Shown: in pieces, positions 22,520-32,800 of the stretch
How the letters are laid out: every line of letters begins with the position of its first letter
How positions within the stretch are numbered: the first letter of the stretch is position 1
From: Rebecca billardiae RCC1528
Lineage: Eukaryota > Protista > Haptophyta
DNA: 64,000 nucleotides
NCBI GenBank assembly: GCA_965240325.2
Contig: OZ251227.1
Coordinates: forward strand, 2,294,001-2,358,000
Direction: 5' to 3'
Translations under genes and position numbers: made by a program
Notes under the pieces: generated by a model
Database searches by the model: none
What the model was told of the DNA's origin: nothing
The model's input: the letters and a program-made list of their open reading frames with translations, nothing else

Positions 22520-24073
22520 TCACCCCGTGAGTGCTGCGCCTGGGGCCGGCTCCAGGGGCAGCACGCCCACATCCGCAGAGGCCCCACGCGTCGGCGTCGT
22601 CGGGGCGTGGGCGGCAGCGCTCTCGCGCGCGCGCTTGATCGAGTGCTCGAACGCGAGCAGAGCGAGCGCGCTCAGCAGCGCGACGGCCGCGCCGGCGAAG
22701 AGCGCGCTTCTGCCGAAGAAGTCGAGCAGCAGCACGTCGGCGTGTGCGCACGGGCGCGGGCCGCTCGCGCTGATCCACGCGCCGCCGCGCCCACCGCCCG
22801 GCGGCGCGTCCACGGCGCGCGCGCGCGCCCTCTCGAGCGCGTGCAGTGCCAGCACGTTGGCCACCATCTGCAGCACATCGTTCAGCAGGGAGGGCAGCGT
22901 GGCCGTGCCGCGCTCGGAGGCGGCGGCGATCAGCCGGTCGAAGAAGACGCAGCCGATGGGCATGTACGACATGAAGCCGCCCGCGCCGACGAGCGAGAGC
23001 CACGCGTACCCTCTCAGCCAGCCGCGCGAGAAGCCGACTGTGCTCACGCCGACGAGCGCGCCGCCCGCCGCCGCGAGGCCGAGGATGGCGCGGACGGCGG
23101 TCGTGTGCAAGCGCACGCGGCCAATCGACGCGATGAGCGTGAGCACGAGCGCGGCGCTGCCGAGCTCGGACGCGGCGTACGAGGCCGTCGCGTCGCACAC
23201 GCCCACCGCCTTCATCAGCTCGGGCAGGTACGCGTCCCGCACGCCGCGCAGCGTGCCGCACAGCGTGTACGCAGCTGCAAGGAAACACAGGCCTGCGCTG
23301 TGCCGTCGGAAGAGCGCCGCGCCCGCGGCGCGCACAGAGGCGACGTGCGTGCGCGCGCCCCGCGAGAGCTGGTCGAGCGCGGAGGGCGGCGGCTGCGCGC
23401 CGAGCGCGAGCGCGCCACACGTGCCACCCGCCAGCCCGAGCGCGGTACACACGAGCACCATCTCGCGCTCGGCCAGGCCGTGCGCGAGCATCGACGTTCC
23501 GATGGCGCGAACGACGCCGGCAAAGCCGACCCACGAGGTGCTGACGGCGGCCATGATGGGCTCGGCGAGCACGCGGCCTTCGACCGCGCGCATGACGAGC
23601 GTCCAGGATGGCGCGAGGAACGCCGTCATCACGCCCGTGCCCACCACGCCAGCGGCCGCCGGCCCCACGCCCAGCGCAATGCTCGCCAGGCCCGCCCCCC
23701 ACAACACCGCGAGGAGCGCTGAGCCCAGGCGCGCGCGGGACAGCTTGGGCGAGAGGAGCAGCGCGGGGCCTTTGCCCACCAGATACCCGAGCGGCTGCGC
23801 CACCGCGAGCGCGGACTTGAAGCTCATGCCCCGGAAGCTCTCCCCCTTCCACTCGGCCGCGAACATCGCGTACTTGATGAAGTAAATGCTCGCGTAGTAG
23901 AGGAAGGCACTGAGCGTGACGCCCAGCGCGGTGCGACGATCGCGCGCGCGGGCAGATGCCGGCAGAAGCGAGATGTCGTTCTCCTCTGCCCGCGCGAAAT
24001 GCTTCTCATGCCGACCATCGTCGAGCTCGAAGCTATCTACGACCGGCGGCAATGCCGTGCTCGCGTCCGCCAT
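22520..24073 (-). CDS. Intronless MFS-like multi-pass transporter resembling the DUF5690 family
   Basis: About 11-12 hydrophobic helices; N-terminal AFLYYASIYFIKYAMFAAEW..FKSALAVAQPLGYLVGK, VEGR, LRGVRDAYLPEL and YMPIGCVFFDRLIA match my recollection of DUF5690. Confidence 0.7.
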   Translation of the reverse strand: MADASTALPPVVDSFELDDGRHEKHFARAEENDISLLPASARARDRRTALGVTLSAFLYYASIYFIKYAMFAAEWKGESFRGMSFKSALAVAQPLGYLVGKGPALLLSPKLSRARLGSALLAVLWGAGLASIALGVGPAAAGVVGTGVMTAFLAPSWTLVMRAVEGRVLAEPIMAAVSTSWVGFAGVVRAIGTSMLAHGLAEREMVLVCTALGLAGGTCGALALGAQPPPSALDQLSRGARTHVASVRAAGAALFRRHSAGLCFLAAAYTLCGTLRGVRDAYLPELMKAVGVCDATASYAASELGSAALVLTLIASIGRVRLHTTAVRAILGLAAAGGALVGVSTVGFSRGWLRGYAWLSLVGAGGFMSYMPIGCVFFDRLIAAASERGTATLPSLLNDVLQMVANVLALHALERARARAVDAPPGGGRGGAWISASGPRPCAHADVLLLDFFGRSALFAGAAVALLSALALLAFEHSIKRARESAAAHAPTTPTRGASADVGVLPLEPAPGAALTG

Positions 24074-24162
24074 GCATGGCCGAAGCGGCGTGCTGTGATT
24101 CGTTACAGTATTGGGTTGCGCCGCACGAAATCTGAACACAAAGTCCGACGGCAATCCCCACG

Positions 24163-25413
24163 ATGTCGAACCGGTCGTCGCGCCCCGCGCCCACCATCGC
24201 CGCTGTCATCCCGGGCGAGCTTCGCGTGGCGGACGATGGACACCTGGGTCTCATCCGCAGACAACTCAACGGCACGGACGCGTACGTGGTTACTTACGAG
24301 CGGTGCGTGAGTGTCGCGCTCGCGCTCGCGCCGGCGAGCAGCGTGGCCCTCGTGACTGACGAGCGATTGCGCACGGGCGTGCTGGCGGGCATGCCGGGCA
24401 ACCTGCTGCAGTGGTACTGCCTTGCGCTCGCGCTCGCACTGTGGGACCTCCGCGGGTACGACTACATCCTGCGATGGCGCACCGACGTGATGGGCGCGCT
24501 CCCGCTGAAGGCGGTGCCGAGCTTCTTCGAGGCAGCGTACCTGCGCGGTCAGCACGTGGACGCCTGGCTCGAGGGCGGCGACAGCTCGGGTGTGGTCGCA
24601 GCCGTGACGGACCGGGTGAGCCTTGCGCGCGCGCCTGCCTTCTACGCGGCCTACTCGACGATCTTCGAGGCGAGCTGTGCGGCGTACCGCGCACACCCGC
24701 AGAGCGGCGTACAGAGCGGCCTGGGCAGGGCCGAGGAGGAGGGCGTCCCCGCCACGCCGCGCCGTGCCCTCGCACGCGGCGCCGTCAATGGCGGCTGCGG
24801 GAGCACAGCCGCCGCCGCGGGTTCGAGCTGGGTGGCGCCCGACGCCGTGCGCCGGTACGCGGCCCAGCTGGGCGCGCGGCCGCGGTGCGTCGGTGGGAAC
24901 CACATCCGGTGCGGCTGTCGCTTCTCTGGCGTGGCCGGCTGCCCGTGGCGCACGCGCGCGCAGGCGCACGAGTTCGCGTCCGAGGCGGCGCACACGTTCC
25001 ACCTGGCCGCGCGCAACCTCACGTGCGTGTCGCTGCGCCGGCCCGGCGTCTTTGTCCAACTGCGCCCGAAGCGCACGCGCGAGCACTGGGGGTGGCAGAA
25101 GGGGCCGTGCTACGACTACGCGCGCGCGCTCGGCGGCTCAGCGGCACGCGCCGATGAGAGGGGCGCCGAGCGCCTTGCCGACATGGCGCCGGGAGCGACG
25201 GCGGTCAGAGCGGATGGCGCGAAGGCCGGCTCCGGTGGCGAAGGCACCGCACGCGCGGCGGCGCCGCCTGCCCGAGGCATCGGCACGCTTCCGCGCTGTG
25301 CTGCATCGCACGGAGCGGGCAATGAGAGCGATGCCGCCAGCGGGCCGCTGCCCGAGCTCCTCGTGCTCTCGGGCCCGGTCACCCGCTGTGAGAATCCCGT
25401 AGCGGCACGATGA
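24163..25413 (+). CDS. Hypothetical protein, possibly glycosyltransferase-like
   Basis: IAAVIPGELR ... QWYCL ... YDYILRWRTDV ... TDRV motif pattern seen in putative GT-like algal/viral proteins; 416-aa ORF. Confidence 0.55.
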   Translation: MSNRSSRPAPTIAAVIPGELRVADDGHLGLIRRQLNGTDAYVVTYERCVSVALALAPASSVALVTDERLRTGVLAGMPGNLLQWYCLALALALWDLRGYDYILRWRTDVMGALPLKAVPSFFEAAYLRGQHVDAWLEGGDSSGVVAAVTDRVSLARAPAFYAAYSTIFEASCAAYRAHPQSGVQSGLGRAEEEGVPATPRRALARGAVNGGCGSTAAAAGSSWVAPDAVRRYAAQLGARPRCVGGNHIRCGCRFSGVAGCPWRTRAQAHEFASEAAHTFHLAARNLTCVSLRRPGVFVQLRPKRTREHWGWQKGPCYDYARALGGSAARADERGAERLADMAPGATAVRADGAKAGSGGEGTARAAAPPARGIGTLPRCAASHGAGNESDAASGPLPELLVLSGPVTRCENPVAAR

Positions 25414-25606
25414 TATCATGACGTGCTCAGTCGCACACATGCTAGCTCAATCGCACACACTGTCGGGCACACACTACGGAGTATTAGTGGCCGACTCTAG
25501 CTTGGGTTGGGTGCGGGGGGCCGGGGCGAGAACGCGCTCGCAGCGCAGCCGATCGACCTAGACGACATCAGGACACTCAACGCCTGCTTGTCCACGTTGC
25601 GACTGC

Positions 25607-26339
25607 GGGGCGCAGCGGTGGGGCTGACGACGCGCGCGCGTGTGCACGTCTGAGAGTGACCACGGAGTGCGCGCTGCAATGACTTGCCCGTCTGCAGCAC
25701 CACGCCCCGCGCTGTGAGTGAGAGTGTGGCCCGCGCCCAAGCGAGAACGCGGGCCGGGCTGGCACTCCGCCGACCTCGCTGGCCGCCGACCAGCCCGCGG
25801 CCGCCTGCTGCAGCTCGTGGAACACGCAGTCGCGCGCTCGCGCGTGGTGGGCGGACCTGCGCGTATGCGCCCGCCGGGCTTGCCGCTTCATCCGCTGGCA
25901 CCGCAGGCGAGCCGCTCGTCGCATGCAGTGCAGGTCGAGCCCTCCGTCCGTCGGACCCGGGACGTCGAGGCCGCGCGAGGTTGCTCCGACGCTCGTATTT
26001 CCACTGATGCAAGATGATGCCCGCGTGCCAATATCAGCGCGCCCTTTCGCTCGTGAGATGTCTAGCGAGAAAGCGACGGTTCGTGCGAATGTCAAGTGTG
26101 AACTCGCGACACGACGAATAATGGGCCGATGCGATTCGCGCGAATGCGAGTACGCAAAGAGCCGAACGACGAGCGGTTTTTGTCCTATCGAGCGCATAAG
26201 TGAGTACGCGAATTGCGCTTATGTGACCCGATGGGTGGCTCGCTGGTCAGCCCGGGCGTCATCAAAAAAAGGCCCGCGAGTAGTGCGACGGGCTGGTCCC
26301 CAGCGTGAAGTCGTGCCTTTGTTCTCGTGGGTTTCCAGG
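25607..26339 (-). mobile_element. Partial, diverged copy of the ~1.05-kb Helentron/Helitron2-like repeat
   Basis: Reverse complement begins CCTGGAAACCCACGAGAACAAAGGCACGACTTCACGCTGGGGACCAGCCCGTCGCA, matching 34883 onward; has an internal deletion and lacks the 3' sub-TIR and hairpin. Confidence 0.85.
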
Positions 26340-26447
26340 ATTTCTGAGCAGACTAAGCTCGAAACGGCGCAATATTCTTGAACCAAGTAGTGTGTCAGAA
26401 GCGGGTCATTCATTTGAAACCAGTTTTGAGGGTAGTGGCAATATTGT

Positions 26448-26499
26448 TGACACACACACACACTGACACATAACACACACACACACACTATATATATAT
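26448..26499. repeat. (CA)n/(TA)n compound microsatellite
   Basis: gacacacacacacactgacacataacacacacacacacactatatatatat. Confidence 0.85.
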
Positions 26500-26504
26500 G
26501 GATA

Positions 26505-27009
26505 TGGCTCTGGCTCCGGTTGACCCCTGCCAGTCCGGTCATAGAAACCGGGCGTACCGAAAATGATCTTCGCATTCCTGCGGCCGAATGAACGCCCGAA
26601 GTGTCCCACAGGGCTCCAAGTAGGGTTACTATGGATGGCCAATAAGTGCCCAGGGTGTGAAACTCAGTTTGTGACTACTTCAGACTCTATTTTTCATAGC
26701 TATTTACCCAGTCCGGTGACATATTTCCAATAGCTACGGGTGCATCCGGATCGCTCCCGGACCGTGTTCTGACCAGAGTCTGAAATGGGTAAATACATAG
26801 TAAAAATAGAGTCATCTGAACTATCTAGAGGAAGTGCTTGTCGTTGGCCCAATATATATATATATATCGCTCTGAAGTCATCATCTATAGGCATCCATTG
26901 AGGTCCTCCTGTGCAGTTTTCACGAGTGACTTCATGAAGGAGCTCAGAAGTCTCATCCGACATCCGAGTGCCCGTCAATCTGGCAGGGGTCAACTCGAAG
27001 CCAGAGCCG
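26505..27009. mobile_element. MITE (~505 bp) with ~29-bp imperfect TIRs and TA flanks (Tc1/mariner-like)
   Basis: Left TGGCTCTGGCTCCGGTTGACCCCTGCCAG versus reverse complement of right end CGGCTCTGGCTTCGAGTTGACCCCTGCCAG; TA at 26503-04 and 27010-11; AT-richer non-coding interior. Confidence 0.8.
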
Positions 27010-27284
27010 TATATGTTAGGCGGCGGCCGATGAGGCGCGTGTACAGCTAACCAGCAGCTATAAATACCGTACTGCGTACCGGGCACCGCCGGCGCTCGTA
27101 CGTACCGGACTCTGACTCGTGACGACGTCATCGTCGTGCCGAATTCAGTGCAGCGGCCACAGCCGACCTCAGCGACGCCTTGCGGCTGTGCGTCGGTCGG
27201 CAGTAGAACGGCGAGTCGCAAGCACGGCTCCCCGCGGCCTATGGTGCCCATGCTCGATGGGCTTACGCACAGCGGGCCGTCGTC

Positions 27285-29408
27285 TCACAGCATCGTCGCA
27301 TGTGCTGCCGGCGCGCCGCCCGCACTCGCCGGCGCGCGCCGGCGCGCGCGTGACCACGTTGCAGTGAGCGCTGCCAGCACGGCGCCGGCCGGTCCAAGCG
27401 GCGCGGCGCCGCTGCCGCGCGCAGCCGCACGCGCGGCCCCGAGCACGACCAGCGCGCCAAATAGCAGCGCGGCAGCGCCCAGCGCCGCGCCGCGCGCGCC
27501 CCCCGCGCGCAGCCCAGGCCCCGGCGCGCCCAGCTCTGCGCGCCGCCGCTGCTCCGCCTCCTGCAGCCAAGTGATGCGGTCGAGCTGTCTGCACAGCGCG
27601 CGTGCGCGGCGGGGCGGACGCAGGGGAGGGCGAGGGGGGCAGGGCGACAAGGTGGGTGAGGCCCGGCGCGCGCCGCACGCGCACGCGCGCCCGGCGCGCG
27701 CGCTCGCGCACTTGTAGATGGCGTTCTTCTTCACCATGACGCCGCAGCAGCGCGGCGGGTCCATGCCATCCTCGCCCGGGCACACGGCGCCGCAGCACTC
27801 TCCCTCCTGCCGCCTGCTCGACTTCTCGTTGAGGCCCTCGCACGCGCGGCTGCAGCCGACGTGGGTGAGGTTGTGGTGCGCGCGCGGGTTCGACGCGTAC
27901 TTGTCGTCGCAGCTGCACACGCCCTGCTGCACCGAGAAGTAACGAAACGCGGCGCACGCGCGCGAGCACTCCTCGGTCGTGAAGCCGTCGCCCATGCGCA
28001 CGCGCAGGTCGGGGTGCGACTTGTCGTCCTTGAAGCAGCCGACGAAGGCGACGTGGCGCTGGTGGCGGTGCGAGCTGCGCGCGGCGGAGCGCGCGTCGCG
28101 TTCTCTCTTCTCGCGCCGCTCGCGCTCTCGCCGCTCCGCTCGCGTCTCCTTGTGCCCACCGTCGTCGTCGCCACCGTTGTTGTCGTCGTCGTCGCCGCCA
28201 CCGTTGTCGTCGTCGCCGTCGTCGTCGTCGCCGTCGTCATCGCCGTCGTCGTCGTCACCGTCGTCGCCCTCGTTCCCCCCACTCGGCTCGTCGTCGTGCC
28301 TGCGCCGCCGCCTGTCGCGCCGCGAGTGCCTCCCGCCCTCCTCCCGATGCCCGGCCGTCACCGCCGGCCCCGACGCGCCCTCTGCGCGCGCGACCACGTT
28401 CTCGCAGCCTGGCGCGGTGTAGTCGATCGGTGCGTGCACGTTGCCCTTCTCGTCCTTGCACCCGGCGCGGAGCGCGAGCGTGCACGAGTACGGGCAGAGC
28501 TTGCGCACGATGTTCCAGCCCATCGTGTGCTCGATGCAGTGGCTCGTCGACTGCGCGCACGTGTACCCGCGCGAGAGCCGCGTGAACTTGTCGTTCTTGT
28601 CCATGCAAGCCTCGTCGAGCGGCGGCGGCGCGGGCGGCGGCGACGGCGGCAGGTGCAAGTACTGAAACGCGGCGAGGCGGTCCTCGGCGCCGCAGAGCCG
28701 GCTGGGCTGGAGGAACTCCTCGCCCGCGCACGCCGGGCCGCACTCCCCGTCCGACACCCGCCGGTGCGAGCCGCGCCCAAGCGCGTCCAGCTCGAGGCCG
28801 CACAGGCAGCGGCCGCCGTCGGTGAGCGCCATGCCGCCCTCGTTCCGCCCCGCCGGGCCGCACGCGTCCAGGCAGCTCTGCGTGGTGTGCGGCGCGTCGC
28901 CGCCGGCGTCTGCGGCGGCGTCGTACGCACGGGACCGGCTCGAGTCCTTGAAGCAGCCGACGTAGTCGAGCGTGACCTCAGGGATGGGCACGTACGGCGG
29001 CGGCGACAGCGGCGCCGGCGGCGGCTTTGGCAGCGGCTGCCGCACGCCGATCGCGTAGATATTGAAGGAGGGGTAGTCCTCGTTGGGGTGGTCGATGGCC
29101 CACTTATACTCGGCCTCCGTGCACGACACGCACGTGCCGAAGATCCCGCCGTACGCGAAGTACTCCGCCGCGTTCAGCGCCTCGAGCCGCGCGATCGTGC
29201 TGCGGCACGACATCGGGTCGCGCACGTACCGGCCGACGAGGCGGCGGCCGCACGCGAGGCCGCGCGCGACGATGTTGTCGCTCATCGACGGCTCGTCCGG
29301 CTCATCCGCCGCGCACGCGGCCAGCGCCGCGAGCACCACCGCCAGAGACCGCCGGCCGCGCGCGCCGCGTGCGCGCGCGCGCATCTCGGCGGATGCAAAA
29401 GAGGGCAT
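27285..29408 (-). CDS. Cell-surface protein with two WSC domains, ShK-like Cys motif, Asp-rich linker and C-terminal TM helix (intron 27589-27711)
   Basis: Signal SLAVVLAALAACAA; YVGCFKD..CLDAC..CLCG and FVGCFKD..CSRAC..CSCDD; CMDK..C..C..CPYSC; TM AALGAAALLFGALVVLGAA. Confidence 0.82.
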   Translation of the reverse strand: MPSFASAEMRARARGARGRRSLAVVLAALAACAADEPDEPSMSDNIVARGLACGRRLVGRYVRDPMSCRSTIARLEALNAAEYFAYGGIFGTCVSCTEAEYKWAIDHPNEDYPSFNIYAIGVRQPLPKPPPAPLSPPPYVPIPEVTLDYVGCFKDSSRSRAYDAAADAGGDAPHTTQSCLDACGPAGRNEGGMALTDGGRCLCGLELDALGRGSHRRVSDGECGPACAGEEFLQPSRLCGAEDRLAAFQYLHLPPSPPPAPPPLDEACMDKNDKFTRLSRGYTCAQSTSHCIEHTMGWNIVRKLCPYSCTLALRAGCKDEKGNVHAPIDYTAPGCENVVARAEGASGPAVTAGHREEGGRHSRRDRRRRRHDDEPSGGNEGDDGDDDDGDDDGDDDDGDDDNGGGDDDDNNGGDDDGGHKETRAERRERERREKRERDARSAARSSHRHQRHVAFVGCFKDDKSHPDLRVRMGDGFTTEECSRACAAFRYFSVQQGVCSCDDKYASNPRAHHNLTHVGCSRACEGLNEKSSRRQEGECCGAVCPGEDGMDPPRCCGVMVKKNAIYKCASARAGRACACGARRASPTLSPCPPRPPLRPPRRARALCRQLDRITWLQEAEQRRRAELGAPGPGLRAGGARGAALGAAALLFGALVVLGAARAAARGSGAAPLGPAGAVLAALTATWSRARRRAPASAGGAPAAHATML

Positions 29409-29871
29409 CACGCCCGCCGCCTCCGTGCTCCGCAGCCGAGGGCACCGCTTTGACCTGAGATGGCCCGTTGGCGCCCAAGAGTGAACAGTCGCGGGGCCGA
29501 CGCGGGGACGACCTTGAATGGTTGAATGGGCGCGTTTTCCCCGCATGGCTAATAATCCCGGATCTCGATCACCCACGAGCGGGATCTGAGCAATACCAAG
29601 TTCCCACAACATTACCCGCTGCATATATCATCATAACAACAGGCTTGACCCTGCATTGGGCGTTGGCGTTGGGAGCCTTTGATTCTGGGATCAGCGGCTC
29701 TACTCTAGCACAGCTGCTGGTGCACACGATCGCAGTCAAGCTGCGGTGGCCGATGCGCGCTCGCGCTCGCCCGCGATCACGATGGCCCATGAGGCTCGCG
29801 CGCATGTGTGCTCGGCGTGGCGGCGGGTGGCGCAGAGGCCAGTCGCCTGTGTGGGCGCCGCGAGCGTCGCG

Positions 29872-32800
29872 TCATGACGGCCGCGCGCCCAGGCGCTGTG
29901 CGAGCGCGGCGTAGAAGCGGTCCTCGACATTGCGCGGCTGGGCGCCTGCGCTCTCGTCCTCGGCCAGGCCGCCCGCCGCGGCGCCGGCACCGTCGCCATC
30001 GTCCGGGTCGACGCCGCTCGCGCCGGGCGGCTGACCTGACGCGCCGGGCGGCGCGGACGACCCTGCGCGCGCGGGGCTCGGCGTAAGGTGCGCCGCGCGC
30101 GGCTGCGTGCACTGCGTGGCGCGTGGCTCTGCCTTGGTGCCGTGTGCGCCCGGCGGCAGCCTGCGCCGGCGAACGCGGCGGTCGGCGCGGACGGGCGTTC
30201 GGCGCGTGAGCGCGCGCGCGCGCGTGGCGTGCGCGCGCGTCGCGCGCGCGCGCGCCGCGCGCGGACGCACTTGGCCCGGGGGCTCATCAGCCGGGCGAGC
30301 TGTCTGCTGAGAATGACGGCGGGCGCGTGGCCTCCGCTGAGCGCCTCTGCCGCGCGGCTGTCCGCGCGCTCTCTCGCGCGCGCGGCCGCCGCGCGCGCCT
30401 CGGCCACCGCGCTCGACTCGGCCGGGCGACGCGGCGGCGAGGGCGCGCCGCCCGCCGCGCCGCCGTACCCGCCGGTGGCCGCTCGGCTGATCGGCGCGCG
30501 CGCCGAGCCGCCCGAGCGCGCGCGCGTGCTGCCCGCGCCGAGCGGCGAGCCGGTGCGCGCGCGCGGCGAGCTCAGCTCGGCGACGAGCGCGGCGGCCGCC
30601 TGCGGGCCCGTGCGCGCCGCCGCGGACGGCACGGTGTGTGTCGGCCCCGGCGTGTAGAGGCGCTCGTAGATGGTGCTGGCCTCGGCGGCGCGCGGCTCGG
30701 CGCGCGAGCCGGTGCGCGAGGCAATGCGCTCCGAGCGCGCGTCGAGGCGCGGGGCAAACGTGACGCCTGCGCGGCGGCGCGCGGGCGGCGCGCGCGTGAG
30801 CGCCGCCGCGGGCGCGCGAGCTGGCGCGCGAGCTGGCGGCGGGTGCGGGCGTGGCGCGCGCGCGCGCGAGCACTCCGCCACGCACCCTCCATCTCCGCCT
30901 CCGCCGCCGCCTGCTGCTCCGCCGCCAGCCGCGCGCGCCTCTCCTCGCGGTCGAGGTGCAGGCGGTCGTAGACGCGCGCGCCCGCCTCGCCGCGCCCCGC
31001 GCGGCGCTCAAAGGCGAGCGCGCGCGTGTGCCGCGTGAGCGCGGGGGCGAAGGTGAGCTCCTCGAGCTCGGAGGCGTCCATGCCGAGCGCGCCGTCCTCC
31101 GAGCGCGAGCCCCACGCGCCCGCGCCCGGCGCGCCGTCCGCGACGCGTGTCGGCTCGCCCAGCAACAAGCGCACTGCGTTGGCGGTGCGCGGCGCGCTGC
31201 CCCGGAGCGACACGATCTCCCGGACTCGCGGCGCGAGCGTCGCGACGAACTCGTCGAACGGGTACGGGCGCGCGGCCTCCTCGGCCGCGCGCGCCGCCGC
31301 GCGCGCCGCCGGCGAGCCCGGCGCCGCCGACGCCGCGTCGAGCAGCGCCTCGCCGCCCAGGACGGCGCGCACGTCTGCCGCAACGGCAGGCGGCGCGCCC
31401 GCCGCGGCGACGCGCGCGCCGACCTCCGCCCAGTCGACGCGCGGCAGGAAGAGGAGGCGCGGCCCCGCCGGGTCGGCGGCCGCGCCGCCGCCGCCGCCGC
31501 CCGCCTCCCCCGCCGCGCCGCCGCCGCGCTGGCACTCGCACAGCAGCTCGAAGAGCGAGCGCAGCCGGCGCGCGCGCAGCGATGCCACGGCGCGCTCGGT
31601 GCGCGCGCCCGCGCGCGCGAGCGATGCGTCTCGCGCGGCCGGAGTGAGGCCGGCGTCGCGCGCGGCGGCGTCGGACGCGGCGCGCTCGGCGTGCGCGCGC
31701 GCGGCCTGCGACTGCCTCGCGTCGGCGTACAGCTCGCCGAACACCGCCCCGTCCCCCGCCGTGCGCGCATGCCCCTTGGGCGCGCGGCCGGTAGCCGGGT
31801 TGAACAGCCGAGCGCCGGTCGACCGGTCGACCGGCGCGTGCAAGTACGCGCGCAGCATGGCGACCTCCTGCTGCGCCTCGGCGCGCGAGAGCGCGAGGCG
31901 CTCGTAGTGCGCGGCCCGCGCCGGCGAGAGCGGCCGGCGCGACGCGCCCGCCGCCGCCTCGCGCCCGCCCAGTGCGAACGTGCGCTCGGCGGCCGCGCGC
32001 GCGTCGCGCTCGCGAGCGCGCGCGGCCGCGGCCGCCTCCGCGCGGCGGCGCGCGTCTTCGAGGAGCGCGTTGGGCGCGTGGTCGGCGTCGGCGTCGTGCG
32101 CGCGGCCCGCCGAGCGCGCCCGCCCCGCCGCCAGCCTCGCCGAGCGCGCGTCGAGCCGCGGCCGGAACGTGCACTCCGCCATCCGGCGCTGCTCAGCGCG
32201 CGCTAGCAGCGCGGCACGCTGGCGCTCCGACGCCCGCCGCCGCTCGCCGAGCGATTCCCAAGGAGCGGGGCGCGACGCGACGGCGGCGCGGCGCGAGGGG
32301 CTCGGGCGCGCGAGCTCGGGCACGCGCGCCGCCGCCTCCGCCTCGAGCGCGCGCTGCTCCGCCTCCGCGCGCGCCTCCGCGCGCCGCGCGCGCGCGCGCG
32401 CGCCCTCGGCGTGCAGCCGCGCGTCGACGGCCGCGGTCGGCGGCACGCCTGTCGCGGCGGCGGCGGCGGCGCGGCGCGCGGCGGCGAGCTCGGCGGTGCG
32501 CGAGTCGATCTCGCGCAGGCGGCGCGCGCGCGCGGCAGGGTGCGCCGGCAGGTCCGGCGCGTGCACGCGCGCCGCGTCGCGCGCGTCGGACAGCGCGCGC
32601 GCGCGCTCCGCCGCCGCGGCCGCGCGCGCCGCGTCGGCGCGCGCGCGCCGCTCGGCCGCCTCAGCCAGCAAGCGCTCGTGCGGCGCGCCGCCGGCGCCGT
32701 CAGCGTCGGCGTGCGCGGCTCGGCGCGCGCGGCGCGCGCCGCCGCCCTCCGAGCGCGCGGGCGAGCGGCCACGCGGCGGAGAGCCGCCAACGCCGCCGCC

